The notes below the pieces were generated by a model. That model saw only the letters and a list, made by a program, of their open reading frames with translations, ran no database searches and was not told where the DNA came from. This document shows positions 35,733-47,154 of a stretch of DNA of 64,000 nucleotides, piece by piece; positions within the stretch are counted from its first letter, which is position 1, and the number at the start of each line of letters is the position of its first letter. The stretch is from Octopus sinensis (taxonomy: Eukaryota): positions 87,792,001-87,856,000 of the forward strand of contig NC_043001.1 in the NCBI RefSeq assembly GCF_006345805.1. Reading direction: 5' to 3'. Both the position numbers and the translations under genes were made by a program.

Positions 35733-36899
35733 ATGAATACCACAGAGAATGATAGTTTTTCGAGTTATCAACACCTCTGCTCCCAACCTGATCAAATGGC
35801 TGACCATAATCAATATCAAGACAATCTAAATGAAGAATCAGACCAAACTACAGGAGATAATAATGATATGTATTCTGAAGACGACAGTCGTGAAATAACT
35901 GATGAAGATGACATTGGTGATGAGAAGGAAAGTCAAAACAACGACCAGTTAGACGAAGATTTCTCATCAGAAGATGACTATCCAAAAGACGAGAAGGCTG
36001 AGATCTGTGTGTGTGAAGTAGCAGACGATGAGAACGGAGGTGAAAATAACATATTGGAAAGTAAGACACACAATGAAGACGTGAATGTCAGTCTGGATAA
36101 CATTACAGTTAAATTAAAGAGTGGAACGGCAGAATTTGATAAATCTGTACCAAACGAAGACGAGGGTAATTATGACACGCGTATGAAATATGCAATCGAA
36201 GGAGGGAAAATAAATACGATGTCAGACACTTACCCACACAATGTGAATAGTGATCTGGATAGATATCAAGACGGTGAATCATTTGTAATATATCGAATGT
36301 TTTATATTCCTAAATTTCCAAGGAAGCGGGAACCAGAATATGAGGTTGAAAACATCCCGTATACTGGTGTCTATGAACTTGAAAGACCGTACAGTCCGAG
36401 AGGTTTATTAGAACGTCGTACCCGCTCAATATCAGCGTCAGGACGTCGTATAAAGCTACCACGGGAACGTCATACCCATTCCATCCTGTTACCTGAACAT
36501 CATTTATATAAACGTCAAACCAGGTTAACCAAACCACTGAAATATCGCACTGCTTCAGTACCACGATATAGCTCTGGAGATACACCGAGACCCAGTCCTT
36601 TTACCATACGGTCCCCTAAAAACCGTGTTTTTGTTGAGGGTGAATCACGTGTAAAACTTGCACCTTATATACAGCCTCCTGATCTCCAAGAAGATGGTCA
36701 TGTGTCTGGTATGTCCGTAACTGGGACGTCTTTTCCAGGTTTTGCAGTCGATCCTATATCCGTGCCAGAGGCTAAGTCGAAATATAAAGCTTTGTTTCGA
36801 AAGTGGGATCCAGTGTTTTATAATGTCGATCTTCCACCATTTAAACAAAAGATAACTGTTAGCGAAATGCCAGATATTAAACGACAAATCTTTCAATAA
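35733..36899 (+). CDS. Repeat-protein family member D (388 aa; acidic N-half, basic middle, single C-terminal WDxxFY...EMP module), function unknown
   Basis: Intact ORF MNTTENDSFSSYQHL...KALFRKWDPVFYNVDLPPFKQKITVSEMPDIKRQIFQ*, homologous to B and C, with no internal tandem expansion. Confidence 0.85.
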   Translation: MNTTENDSFSSYQHLCSQPDQMADHNQYQDNLNEESDQTTGDNNDMYSEDDSREITDEDDIGDEKESQNNDQLDEDFSSEDDYPKDEKAEICVCEVADDENGGENNILESKTHNEDVNVSLDNITVKLKSGTAEFDKSVPNEDEGNYDTRMKYAIEGGKINTMSDTYPHNVNSDLDRYQDGESFVIYRMFYIPKFPRKREPEYEVENIPYTGVYELERPYSPRGLLERRTRSISASGRRIKLPRERHTHSILLPEHHLYKRQTRLTKPLKYRTASVPRYSSGDTPRPSPFTIRSPKNRVFVEGESRVKLAPYIQPPDLQEDGHVSGMSVTGTSFPGFAVDPISVPEAKSKYKALFRKWDPVFYNVDLPPFKQKITVSEMPDIKRQIFQ

Positions 36900-36906
36900 G
36901 AACCAA

Positions 36907-36940
36907 ATTAAAATGAATAACGTATATTGTATGTAAATAT
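36907..36940 (+). terminator. Candidate polyadenylation signal and conserved 3' element, copy D
   Basis: ATTAAA at 36907-36912, TATATTGTAT at 36923-36932, then TGTAAATA at 36933-36940. Confidence 0.45.
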
Positions 36941-37491
36941 CTTTTATCTTTTAATTCCGCCGAGGTCGACTTTACCTTCCATCCTTTCGGTGTCCATGAA
37001 ACAAGTACCAGTTGAGCACTGGAGTCGATCTAATCGATTTATTCGTTTCCTCCAAATTGCAGGCCTTGAGCCGAAATTTGGGACCATTGTCTTTTAACTT
37101 TTACTCGTCTCAGTCATTAGACTGCGGCCATACTGGGGCAACGCATTGAAGAATATTTTTGTCGAACGAATCGACTCCAGTATTTATTTTTTAAAAGATG
37201 GTATTAATTCTATCGGTCTCTGTTATCGAATCGCTAATTTATGTGGACGTAAACACACCAAAGTCGGTTGCAAGGAACAAATATAAATTCACACACACAC
37301 ACACACCACACACACACACACACATACACACACACACACGCACGCACGCACATACACACACACACACACATACCTACCTACCTACCTACGGCACACAATC
37401 ATGTCTCACCACACTTTACACACCATACCGCACACACTAGTACTGACCGCTTCGCAACACCCACACTGTCGTCCACATATCTACACGGCAC

Positions 37492-38172
37492 ACAATTTCT
37501 AGTTAACTAAACACTTTAAAACTTCGTATACTGGTAGTATGTGTCAAAATAAAACATTTTTTTCTCTTGGCTTTCTTGAGAAAATTGTAATTTGTTTGTT
37601 TAACATAGTTTAATTTTTCGAATTTTAACCAATCCTATGCTCTCTTTTGAGCTAAAATCATTTGCGGCGTCTAAAACTGAGACAACATCCTGTCACTAAC
37701 CCTCAACCTAACCCTAACCCTAATTTTTGTTTCTTAATTGTTAAATTAATTTAATTGTTACGCGTGTAAAAAAAACAACGAAAGCAATGGAAAATAATTT
37801 AAACAATTAACAAACGAAATTATAGAATTATTTTGTTTGTTAATTGTTTAAATTATTTTCCATTGCTTTCGTTTTTTTACACACGTAACAATTAAATTAA
37901 TTTAACAATTAATAAAAAAAAAATTTAGGGTTATGGTTAGGGGAAGGTTTAAGGTTAGTGACAGGATGTTGTCTCAGTTTTAGACGCAGCAAACGATTTT
38001 AGTTCAATGGAGGTAATCGATTGGTTAAAATTGCCGAAATGCTCGGATTTTCAGACGAAATATCTTACAAACTATAGAATTTTCTCAATAAAACCAAGAG
38101 AAAATGATGTTTTATAAACACATTCTACCAGTATACGAAGTTAAAAACTTTTTAGTTACCTAGAAATTATGT
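37492..38172. mobile_element. Foldback (palindromic) element with ~330-bp arms containing TAACCC-like repeats
   Basis: 37492-37815 is the approximate reverse complement of ~37835-38172 (e.g. gtctaaaactgagacaacatcctgtcactaacc / ggttagtgacaggatgttgtctcagttttagac). Confidence 0.75.
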
Positions 38173-38967
38173 TACAAACTGCCGTTCAAAAGGAAAACAT
38201 CCCTACCAAATCCACTAACAAAGCTTGAATCAATCCGAGCCGATGGTAGAAGACACTTGCCTAAGGTGTTACATAATGAGACTGAACGCGGAACCATGTG
38301 GTTGGGAAGCAGACTTCTTACCACACAGACGCCTGCGATTACAAAAATATAACAATAAATAAAAAGAGGAATTTTGTACATTTGAGCTAAGCTGCACAGG
38401 TTGGGTCTTTAATTACAAATTTACATTCAATTTGAACAATAATGAAAACGATAATTTTGTTACGTATAATCCAGTTATTTAACTTGAAAACGGAATCATA
38501 TGTTGACTTAAAATTTAATCCATGACCTAAACATTTTATTTAATTCAGACCTTAAGTAGACTATTCACTCAACTGTAAATCAGGCATATTAACTCAATTA
38601 AAATCTTTACTGGACCATAATCTTAGCTGTCTACAAAATAGTAATAAACTATAATCTACTAAACTCTGTAGTATTTAATACAGACCTTAAATCTCACGGT
38701 AAAACTTTTATAGTTAAGGGGAGACAACTAGTTTTGTATTTTAAAAACATCAACCGATTTTGGTCAATTTGTTGATCAAAAGTTTCCTCCGTTTTCTGAT
38801 TATTTAAATTCGATTCCTGATAAACTTTTCTTTGTTCTGTTGTTACCTGTACCCTATGAGCATAGTGTGCCTGCATACCCATGCCCATTGAAAGCATATG
38901 TACTTGATACCGATAGTAAGAACGGATACTATAATCCCTTAAACGGTTATTATAACCGATAACTCTG

Positions 38968-38968
38968 C

Positions 38969-39062
<94 letters not shown>

Positions 39063-39063
39063 A

Positions 39064-39126
<63 letters not shown>
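38968..39126. repeat. (CTAT)n followed by (GT)n microsatellite
   Basis: Direct reading. Other long microsatellites: (TA)n 16217-16289, 17927-17990, 33601-33665, 40588-40750; (TATG)n 32290-32380; (CA)n 39440-39541. Confidence 0.95.
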
Positions 39127-39128
<2 letters not shown>

Positions 39129-39129
39129 T

Positions 39130-39430
39130 GTCTGTTCTTTCTCGAGCCACGCATGGCTCATAAGGGCCGGTTTCCTTGTTTACTTGGCGTATAGGTTCCC
39201 CACCTGGACGGGACGCCTGTCCGTCGCAGGTGAGCTGCAAGATAGAAGAGGAAAGAGTGAGAGAAAGTTGTGGCGAACGAGTCAGCAAAAGTTCGCCAGT
39301 ACCTTCTGCCGGAGCCGCGTGGAGCTTAGGTGTTTTCGCTTATAAACACACACATCACCCGGTCTGAGATTCGAAACCGCAATCCCTCGACCGCGAGTCC
39401 TCTGCTCTAACCACTGGGCCATGTGCCTCC
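39130..39430 (-). mobile_element. tRNA-derived SINE (separate family)
   Basis: Minus-strand head gcacatggcccagtggttagagcagaggactcgcggtcgagggattgcggtttcgaatctcagacc (A and B boxes) followed by a non-tRNA body. Confidence 0.7.
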
Positions 39431-39461
39431 ACGCACACACACAGACACACACACACACACA

Positions 39462-39523
<62 letters not shown>

Positions 39524-39619
39524 ACACACACACACACACACAAATATATATATATACAAGATAGACTTACTTGGAAGTGGATGTGTGGCATTCAATCAAA
39601 TGACATATATATATATGAA

Positions 39620-40518
39620 TATAATAATAATAATAATAATAATAATATAATAATAATAATATAATAATAATAATAATTAATTCTTTTATTGGCTACAAGG
39701 GCTGACAAAAATTAATTATAACATAAAGGGACAAAACACAGGACGAAAGTTACAAAGGGTTTTGTCCGTTTGTAAAAAATCGTGTAAAAACAGTGTAACA
39801 AAGAAAAATTATAACAACGAAAAACACCCAATAGGGGGAGGCGTTACGAAAGGTTCCTGGGGGAAAAACCCATAAAAGCCACGGGAGCCTGATCAAAAGT
39901 GAGGTAGAGAGCCCCTTTCTCCTTTTATATTACCTTTTTAATTACATGTGTATCCTCAGAATGGCTCCTTTCAGTAAACTTGCTAACGGACAGCACTTCC
40001 CTCTCTTCTCTCATCTTCCTTTTCAAATGAAACTTGAAAACGTTGATGAGGCCTGGGCCAAAGAGGAAAGTGTCTGACCATAGCCCTTTTAAACGGGTCC
40101 ACCATACCACCTCTTTCGCTACAGCCACTAGGCAAAGGAAAACTGCCTTGCCCTCTCGGCTAAAGGAGGTCGGCAGGACAATCTTCACTATGGATTCAGC
40201 TGATAGCCGGATCCGTCCTATACGCGACAGTAGCTGTTCGACATAAACCCATAGTTCAGTAATACTCGGACACTGGACGAGTACGTGTAGAACGGTTTCG
40301 TCATCCTGGCTGCACCTCGGGCAGGTCCGGCTGACGGCACTTCCGTGTCGGTAGAGTTTATCTCGAACAGGCGGAGCCCCTCGGTAACACTGCCAGGCGA
40401 GGGACCTCTGGAAATTATCCATTGGCCCCGGCCCGAAAGTCCTTCCGAACAGACTGCTCAGCTCGTTATCGTCAACGCCTAGAGTTTCCCCGAGAACGTC
40501 GTCGCACTTTTCTTCCAT
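39620..40518 (-). mobile_element. 5'-truncated L1/Tx1-like LINE 3' end
   Basis: Minus ORF 39925-40518 has the zf-RVT-type CPRC...ETVLHVLVQC and VWWTRLKG. The 3' UTR ends with AATAAA and an (ATT)n tail. Confidence 0.85.
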
Positions 40519-40588
40519 GATTCCAAACTTACAGGGAAAAGTTCAATTTAGTAATAGTAAACCAAATTTCACAATATATAATATATGC

Positions 40589-40757
<169 letters not shown>

Positions 40758-41119
40758 GAGAAGAACCACCATGTATCAATTCAAGAATGATAATTAAATC
40801 ATACCTTATACGAAAAAATTAAATACACGATAAAACATTTACGGAGAACTAAATAAAGTACAAAATAATAAATAAATAATATATAATTAGGAAATACACT
40901 ACACGTGTTTCGTGGCTATATTTTCGAACTGATAACAGTAAAATCAATTTAATATAAATATAGTCACTCATCAGGTCCAAGATAAAAGCAATAAAATAAT
41001 TAAATAAATATATGTATATTATTATACTTTATTTAGTTCTAGGTAAATGTTTTATTGTATATTTAATTTTTCTATATGGTATTATCTAATTATATCATTG
41101 TTGAATTGCTACATGGTGG

Positions 41120-41174
<55 letters not shown>

Positions 41175-42240
41175 GTAACTGGAATTTACAAAAAAAATCA
41201 ATAGAGGAAGACAGGTGCATAAAGAAGTTACAGGTGAATTAGTTTAACGCTCGGAAAGGTGAGAAAATCTTTTACGTTTCGAGCCTACGCTCTTCAGCAG
41301 AAAGAAACACGAGAAAATAAATGGAGAAAAAAAAGCTTTAGTGGCTAGCGGTCGATCATGACGGCTGGCTGGACAGAGGTGGTCAGACAGGAGAGCTAGG
41401 AAGAAGGGGAGATAATAAAGTAGTGGTGATCCCAAAACGAAAGTGCATGTGCGTGTGTGTATGTAGATTGGGGCTGTTGACCTTGACGTGTGGATGTGTA
41501 CGTGTGTAGATGTGTGAACGACAGTGTAGGTGTTGCGAAGCGGTCAGTGTTAGTGTGTGCGGTATGGTGTGTAAGGTGTGTAAAGTGTGGTGTGATATGG
41601 TGTGGTGTGGTGTGGGTACTGGGAAGTGGTCAATGCTAGTGTGTGCAGGGGGTGCGATGTGGTGTGGTGGTGTGGTGTAGTGATGTGTGATGTTTTGTGG
41701 TGTGGTGGTGCTGGGTTATCGGAGATGCGAGAGCGGGGAATGCTAGGGTGGGGTTTGTGGGAGTGGGATGTGAGGGTGGGGTGGGGTGGTGGGTTGCTGG
41801 GGTTGTTATGTGCAGGAGAGGGGTGCGGATGGAAGGGTAACGATGAAGGGAGAAGGTGTGTAGGAGCGAAGAGAGGAAGTAGGTGTCAGGGCTAGAGAGG
41901 AGAAGAGAGGAGAGGTGGGTGGGTGGGAGTGAAGAAAGGAAGTAGGTGTGAGATGAAGAGAGGAAAGGGGAGACTGGAACACCATCTTGAACGCACGCTT
42001 AGATTGTGTGGGGTTAGTCAGAAGAAGAAGAAGGGGTGCAAAACTACGCAAACATGTTCGGACGTTTTCGACTGTCTTACAGGCACTGATTGGATTTCCG
42101 AATGTACCAGTGTTGACTTGAACGAACCGCATCGGGTCGTTTTGATCGTATCTTAATAGAGTATTCTGTAGGCCAGGATAGTATACGTTGTCCACTTTTA
42201 TAAATCGACGGCTACACAGACCACAAAGTTGTGATCTGAA
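41175..42240 (-). mobile_element. Probable Penelope-like element fragment
   Basis: Contains a hammerhead-like motif. Shares gtaactggaatttac...gaagacagg-type terminal sequence and a cacaccacac-rich segment also seen in inverted orientation at ~37430-37495. Protein evidence is weak. Confidence 0.4.
41268..41305 (-). ncRNA. Minimal type I hammerhead ribozyme-like motif (Penelope-type)
   Basis: Minus strand: UCUUU-CUGCUGA-A-GAGC(GUAG)GCUC-GAAA-CGU-A-AAAGA. Stem I UCUUU/AAAGA; core position A6 is C. Confidence 0.55.
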
Positions 42241-42249
42241 CGGTCGACC

Positions 42250-45010
42250 TCGATAGACTTTGTAAGCAGAGGCCCAATTACTGGAAGTTGAATGCGTTAC
42301 TCCAAGCGTGCCAGGCTGACAGGGACCGGATTAACAAATTAGTTAAGATAGGGTCAATCGTCAACAACAAATGGCGGTTTGCCTGGTAAAGGGCAATTAG
42401 AGTAGAATTGATTAGGTTTAGTAAGGCATTAGAGACAAAGAAAAATAGAATAGAGGGAAACATAGAAATTTAGAAGAGGCACTTAAGAAAGACATCGCAA
42501 CCGACGTGCTGGCAACGAGACTGACCCTGGACCACTTCTTCAACGTTAAGCATGAAGGATGCATTGTCAGAACTAAAGTACGTACTCTAACGATCGAAGG
42601 AACGAAAGCTGCTCGATGGGATCGAGTGGCAGAGGAGCAAAGTGGCAACAAAGTCACAATTCGTCTTTGATGGACCAAAATGGGCGCAAGGTACTCGAGC
42701 TCGAGCAAATGTGTGCGGCATTTCAACAGCACTTCGCTCAGCTGTTTGGAACGAATGGACGAACGGAACGCAGGATAAAGTTCATGTCTACCTCAACAGC
42801 GTACCATGATTCTCGGTAAGTGAGGCGGAACGTTGCGAAATGCTGACAACAGCCGCAGAAATACTGGATGTAATAATGGGCTGCACGGGGAGCAAAACGC
42901 TTGGTTTGGATGGTTTATCCTACTAGCGTTACTTTTATATGTCAAACTTGTTTGGTAGTCACTTAGCATATATCTACCGCAACTAGCAGCAGAAAGGAAA
43001 AGCTCCTAGTTCTGTAAGTCGAGGAGCGGTGGCAGTGCCGAGAAAGGACCCAAACAAGGCGGATCAAATAGAAATTTTTAAGCCCCTAACGCAGACTTCA
43101 AAATTTTGGCCAAGGTGTTAGCAAAGAGGTTGGCCTCTGTCTTCGAGGAACTGATTGGTGATGTACAAACATGCACCAACCCAAGCAGATCCAATACGAC
43201 AACCTCCACCTCAAGTGATATATGAGAGACAGGGTGAGTAAAGAAGCACGCATGAGTGGGGCCCTCATTAATTTAGATCAATCTAAAGCCTGTGATAGGG
43301 TCGGCACCAATACTTCGCAGCCGTTCTCACGGCGGCCGGTTTCGGTCCCGTTTTCTGTATCTGGTTTTCCGCAATCCACAGAAGCATCTACTCGGTTGTT
43401 CGGTTGAATGGTTACCTATTGGAACGATTTAGCATCATGCATGCGGTCCGTTTGTACTGGCCGTAGAGCCACTACGGCGAAAATTGGAGGCGTTGAGAGG
43501 CATCCCGCGCGAACTAGGACGTGGGAGAACCGTGTCGGCACATGCAGATGGCATCACCGTCACAGTATCGAATACCAAGCACAGAGACCTGGTCGACACA
43601 ACTCTAACAGAATACGGGGCAGTGATAGGAACAAAAATTAACCGAAAATAATCACTGGGCCTGCAGTTTGGCACCTAGAAAGGCAGGTTTGTGCTATTCA
43701 ATAACATCATGGGATGCTGGACGGAGGGACCGGTTAAACTGTTCGGGTCTGGTCTGGCCCGGATCTCCAGATGAAGGAAAACTGGGACGAGGTGAAGAGC
43801 AGGGTGGCCAATCCCATCCAGAAATTGGCCAAGAAAAAGTTATCCCTGAAAGGTCGGGCAAAGGTGGCGAATGCCAACATCATATCTGTTATATTTTACC
43901 GTTTGACCGCCTTGTCTTGTCTCAATTTACGTCTGACTAAATTGCAGCGCATACTCTTCCGCTTTCTGCAGAAGGGATGCGTTCCATTGGTGAGGCCCCC
44001 CCATTTGTTGTCAGCACCCGCTGAGTGGAGGGCTGGGCATGCCGTGGCTGCTGATGTACAGATATGCGCTGAAGCTGCGACATCTCTAGCGCTTCCTAGA
44101 CGGTGAGTAGATGTGGACACCGTTTGTCAGACAGGATTTATTACAGCTTCTCTCTTTGTCTGAGTTGCAGTCCTTGATCAAGTGTAGCACCTAGAGTATC
44201 GCCAGGCGCTCACAATCTTCAGTCAGTGGAAGTTCCACTTTGGCGCTCTATAGAGGGTTCGTGGCGGGCAAGCGTGATGATATTCTCGGTAAGACTCTGG
44301 GTATCGATGAGAATGAGCTGGCTGGTCTGTTTCGGAGGACTTTCGGGCTGGGACCGATGGATAATTTCCAGAAGCCGTTAGCCTGGCACTGCTAGTAGGG
44401 GCCTTGCCGATTCGGGATAAACTCTACAGGCATGGAAGTCAGTTGGCCTTGCCCGATATGCACGCAAAGCGGAGAAAGATTTCTGCACACATTCGTCCAG
44501 TGCCCGAGTATTGCTGACCTGTGAGTTTGTGTCGAACACACCTGCTGTCACGTGTAGGACGGACCTAGCTATCGGTTGAATCCATTGTGAAGATCGTCCC
44601 GCTGTCTTTTTATTTTGGGGGCCGAAAAAGGTAGGCAGTATTTCTTTGTCTGGTAGTCTTAGTGAAAGAGATTGAGTGGTGGATCAGATTGAAAGAGCTG
44701 GTGACAGTTACTTTCCTTTTTGGCCAAGCCCTCATCAGCTTTTTCAAATTTCGCTTGAAAAAGAAAGTGGAGATTGAGAAAGGAGTGTCGCTTCCCAGTA
44801 GTTTTGTCGAAAGGTGGATGAATGTGACAAGAACGGTCCGAGCGAACCGGCCTATTTTAAGCGTACATCTATAGACAATAAGAAGACATTTGCCCTTGAA
44901 GTCAGGGATTGCACAGTTTTGTGAGGTTTCTATGAACAGCCCTAGGAAGTGGGGAATTTTTTATTGTTAGAATTTATTTTATGGTTTTCACTGTATAAAC
45001 GCTCCATTTT
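42250..45010 (+). mobile_element. Degenerate L1/Tx1-like LINE ORF2, same family as 17990-21560
   Basis: PNYWKLNALL, LEQMCAAFQQHFAQLFG, DFKILAKVLAKRLA, ALINLDQSKACDRV, KKLSLKGRAKVAN, IEWWIRLK, broken by stops and frameshifts. Confidence 0.85.
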
Positions 45011-45048
45011 ATGTAACCTCACATTGTATTGCTTTGTACAGTACCCAC

Positions 45049-45208
45049 CAGCGTAGCTAGAGTGTGTCGCTCGGGGCGGCCCTCCCGTTTGTCGCCCCCG
45101 GACCCCCACAAAAGAAAACATTGCCTACGACAGACCCAAATTGGTGCCCCTTTAAAAGTGCCGCCCGGAGCATGGGGGGCCTCTACCACTCCCCCTAGAT
45201 ACGCTAAT
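45049..45208. mobile_element. Small MITE-like element
   Basis: Ends cagcgtagctag / ctagatacgcta are 10/12 inverted, around a GC-rich interior. Confidence 0.4.
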
Positions 45209-45264
45209 GACAGTACTCTTTCTTTTTTTTTTGTGGACCCTTGTTGTTACTACTATTATTAAAG

Positions 45265-45553
45265 CGGTAAGCAGGGCAAAATAATGCTTAGCAGCATTTC
45301 GTTCGTCTTTACCTTCTGAATTCAAATTCCGCCGAGGTCGACAAAATAAGTACCTGTTAAGCACTGAGTTTGATGTAATCGACTTACCCCTCCCCCAAAA
45401 TTGCGGGCATTGTGCCAAAATTTGAAACATTATTGAATGTTCCGGGTTCATTCTCACAGCGTGGCACCTTGGGCAAGTGTCTTCTACTATTGCCTCGAAT
45501 CGACCAAAGCCTTGTGAGTGGATTTGGTAGACGGAAACTGAAAGAAGCCCGTC

Positions 45554-45629
<76 letters not shown>

Positions 45630-45855
45630 GTGTGTGTGTGTGTTTGTGTGTCTGTGTTTGTCCCCCAACATCGCTTGACAACCGATGGTGGTGTGTTGTT
45701 TACGTCCCCGTAACTTAGCGGTTCGGCAAAACAGACCGATAGAATAAGTATTAGGCTTCCAAAGAATAAGTCCTGGGGGCAATTTGTTCGACTAAAGGCA
45801 GTGCTCCAGAATGGCTGCAGTCAAATGACTGAAACAAGCAAAAGAGGAAAAAGAG
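45265..45855 (+). mobile_element. Two adjacent tRNA-derived SINEs
   Basis: 45265-45425 is a diverged copy of the 31274 family. 45436-45855 is the gtggcaccttgggcaagtgtcttctacta...aaacaagcaaaagag family with an internal microsatellite. Confidence 0.8.
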
Positions 45856-47048
45856 AAATGAGTGAGATGACAAGAATTCTGTAGTACAGTTTTGCGTTTC
45901 GGATCTTTTCTGTTTGGCTGCACATTTCAATGTCTTCAATTTGTTCCAATTGGCTTCATATTTGGTGTATTGGTATAGTTTTGTAAAGTAATCATTGACA
46001 TGGAATTCATTTTCACCATAAATCAATAGATAAAGACTTAATAGCTTTTAAAATTTGCCAATTTTAGCCAATTGAAAGCCAAACGTAAAGGTGCCTGTTT
46101 CCATAGTAACAAGCCAAGTTGTTATCAAGCTGTTTACCACGTGTTCTTATTGTCGCTTAAAACGCATGCAGTATGAGGTGATCATGAGATGTGCTAAAAA
46201 TAACAGCTAAATAGACCTTAAATCAAGCACGAAAATTATTATTATTATTTTGGGGTGGGGTTGCATAATCGTATGAATTCCCGCGTGTAGAATACAAATT
46301 CGCAAAAATTTTCTGAAAATCCAAGACAAATATAAGTAAAGGCTAAAGAAAAAAAAATTTCTATACCAAAGTGCTTGAAAATAGACTTTAGATCGTCTGA
46401 CCACATACAATATTTTTCACTAAAAATACACAGCGTGTTGAAATGAGGAAAGCAAGCTAACAAGTTTTTTTAAAATTTCGTTATCCCCAAATCAGACCGA
46501 TTTCTGGATTAAACCAAAAGGATTCTTTCTTGGTCAGCAAAAAAAAAAAAAAAAAAAAAGAAAGAAAAAGAAAAAAAAGAGAAAGTTACGAGGGGTTATA
46601 TGGCGTGCGTAAAGCAGAATTCCGCCAATATTTCATTTGTTTACAGTTGACAACATGTGCTGTCACGGATTAACTCGGTAAGAATGATCAAACTTTCAAC
46701 CTCCAACTTTTTAAAAATTGTTATAGAAAAAGTGAATTATCTCCTGAGATTTAGGAGGAAAATTACATCAGTACACCAAATTTTAAAATTTTCACGGAAC
46801 TGTAAAATTTCCACAGGTGCAACATTTCTTCACCGAACAAGAAACTTTATTCAATTTTCGCAAAAAAAAAAAAAATAAATAAATAAATTAGTCGAACAGG
46901 AGCCCTGTGTGAGAATGGTGTATAAAATGAACGTCTTGTCATTAGCGTTTGATTGCAGTGAGGATTATTTACCGTCTGTAGTTGAATACAACATTATATA
47001 AACACAGCCGCACCGTCTCATGTATTGAGCGTGTTGATATTAACCAAC

Positions 47049-47154
47049 ATGTTGACTAACAAAGTTGTCCCTTTCATTCGATCTCGGTCCCTTTCTTCCA
47101 TCACCAACAAATACTTCTGGAGATGTCTACACCGTACCAATGTGTTCGAAGCAG
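47049..47154 (+). CDS. NFS1: Cysteine desulfurase, mitochondrial - exon 1 (targeting peptide)
   Basis: ccaacATG; MLTNKVVPFIRSRSLSSITNKYFWRCLHRTNVFEA is Arg/Ser-rich and lacks acidic residues until its end. Strong donor CAG|GTATGT; phase 1 matches exon 2. Confidence 0.75.

Noticed and set aside
37697-37943. Interstitial telomere
   Set aside because: Only a few imperfect TAACCC units, symmetrically placed within a foldback element.
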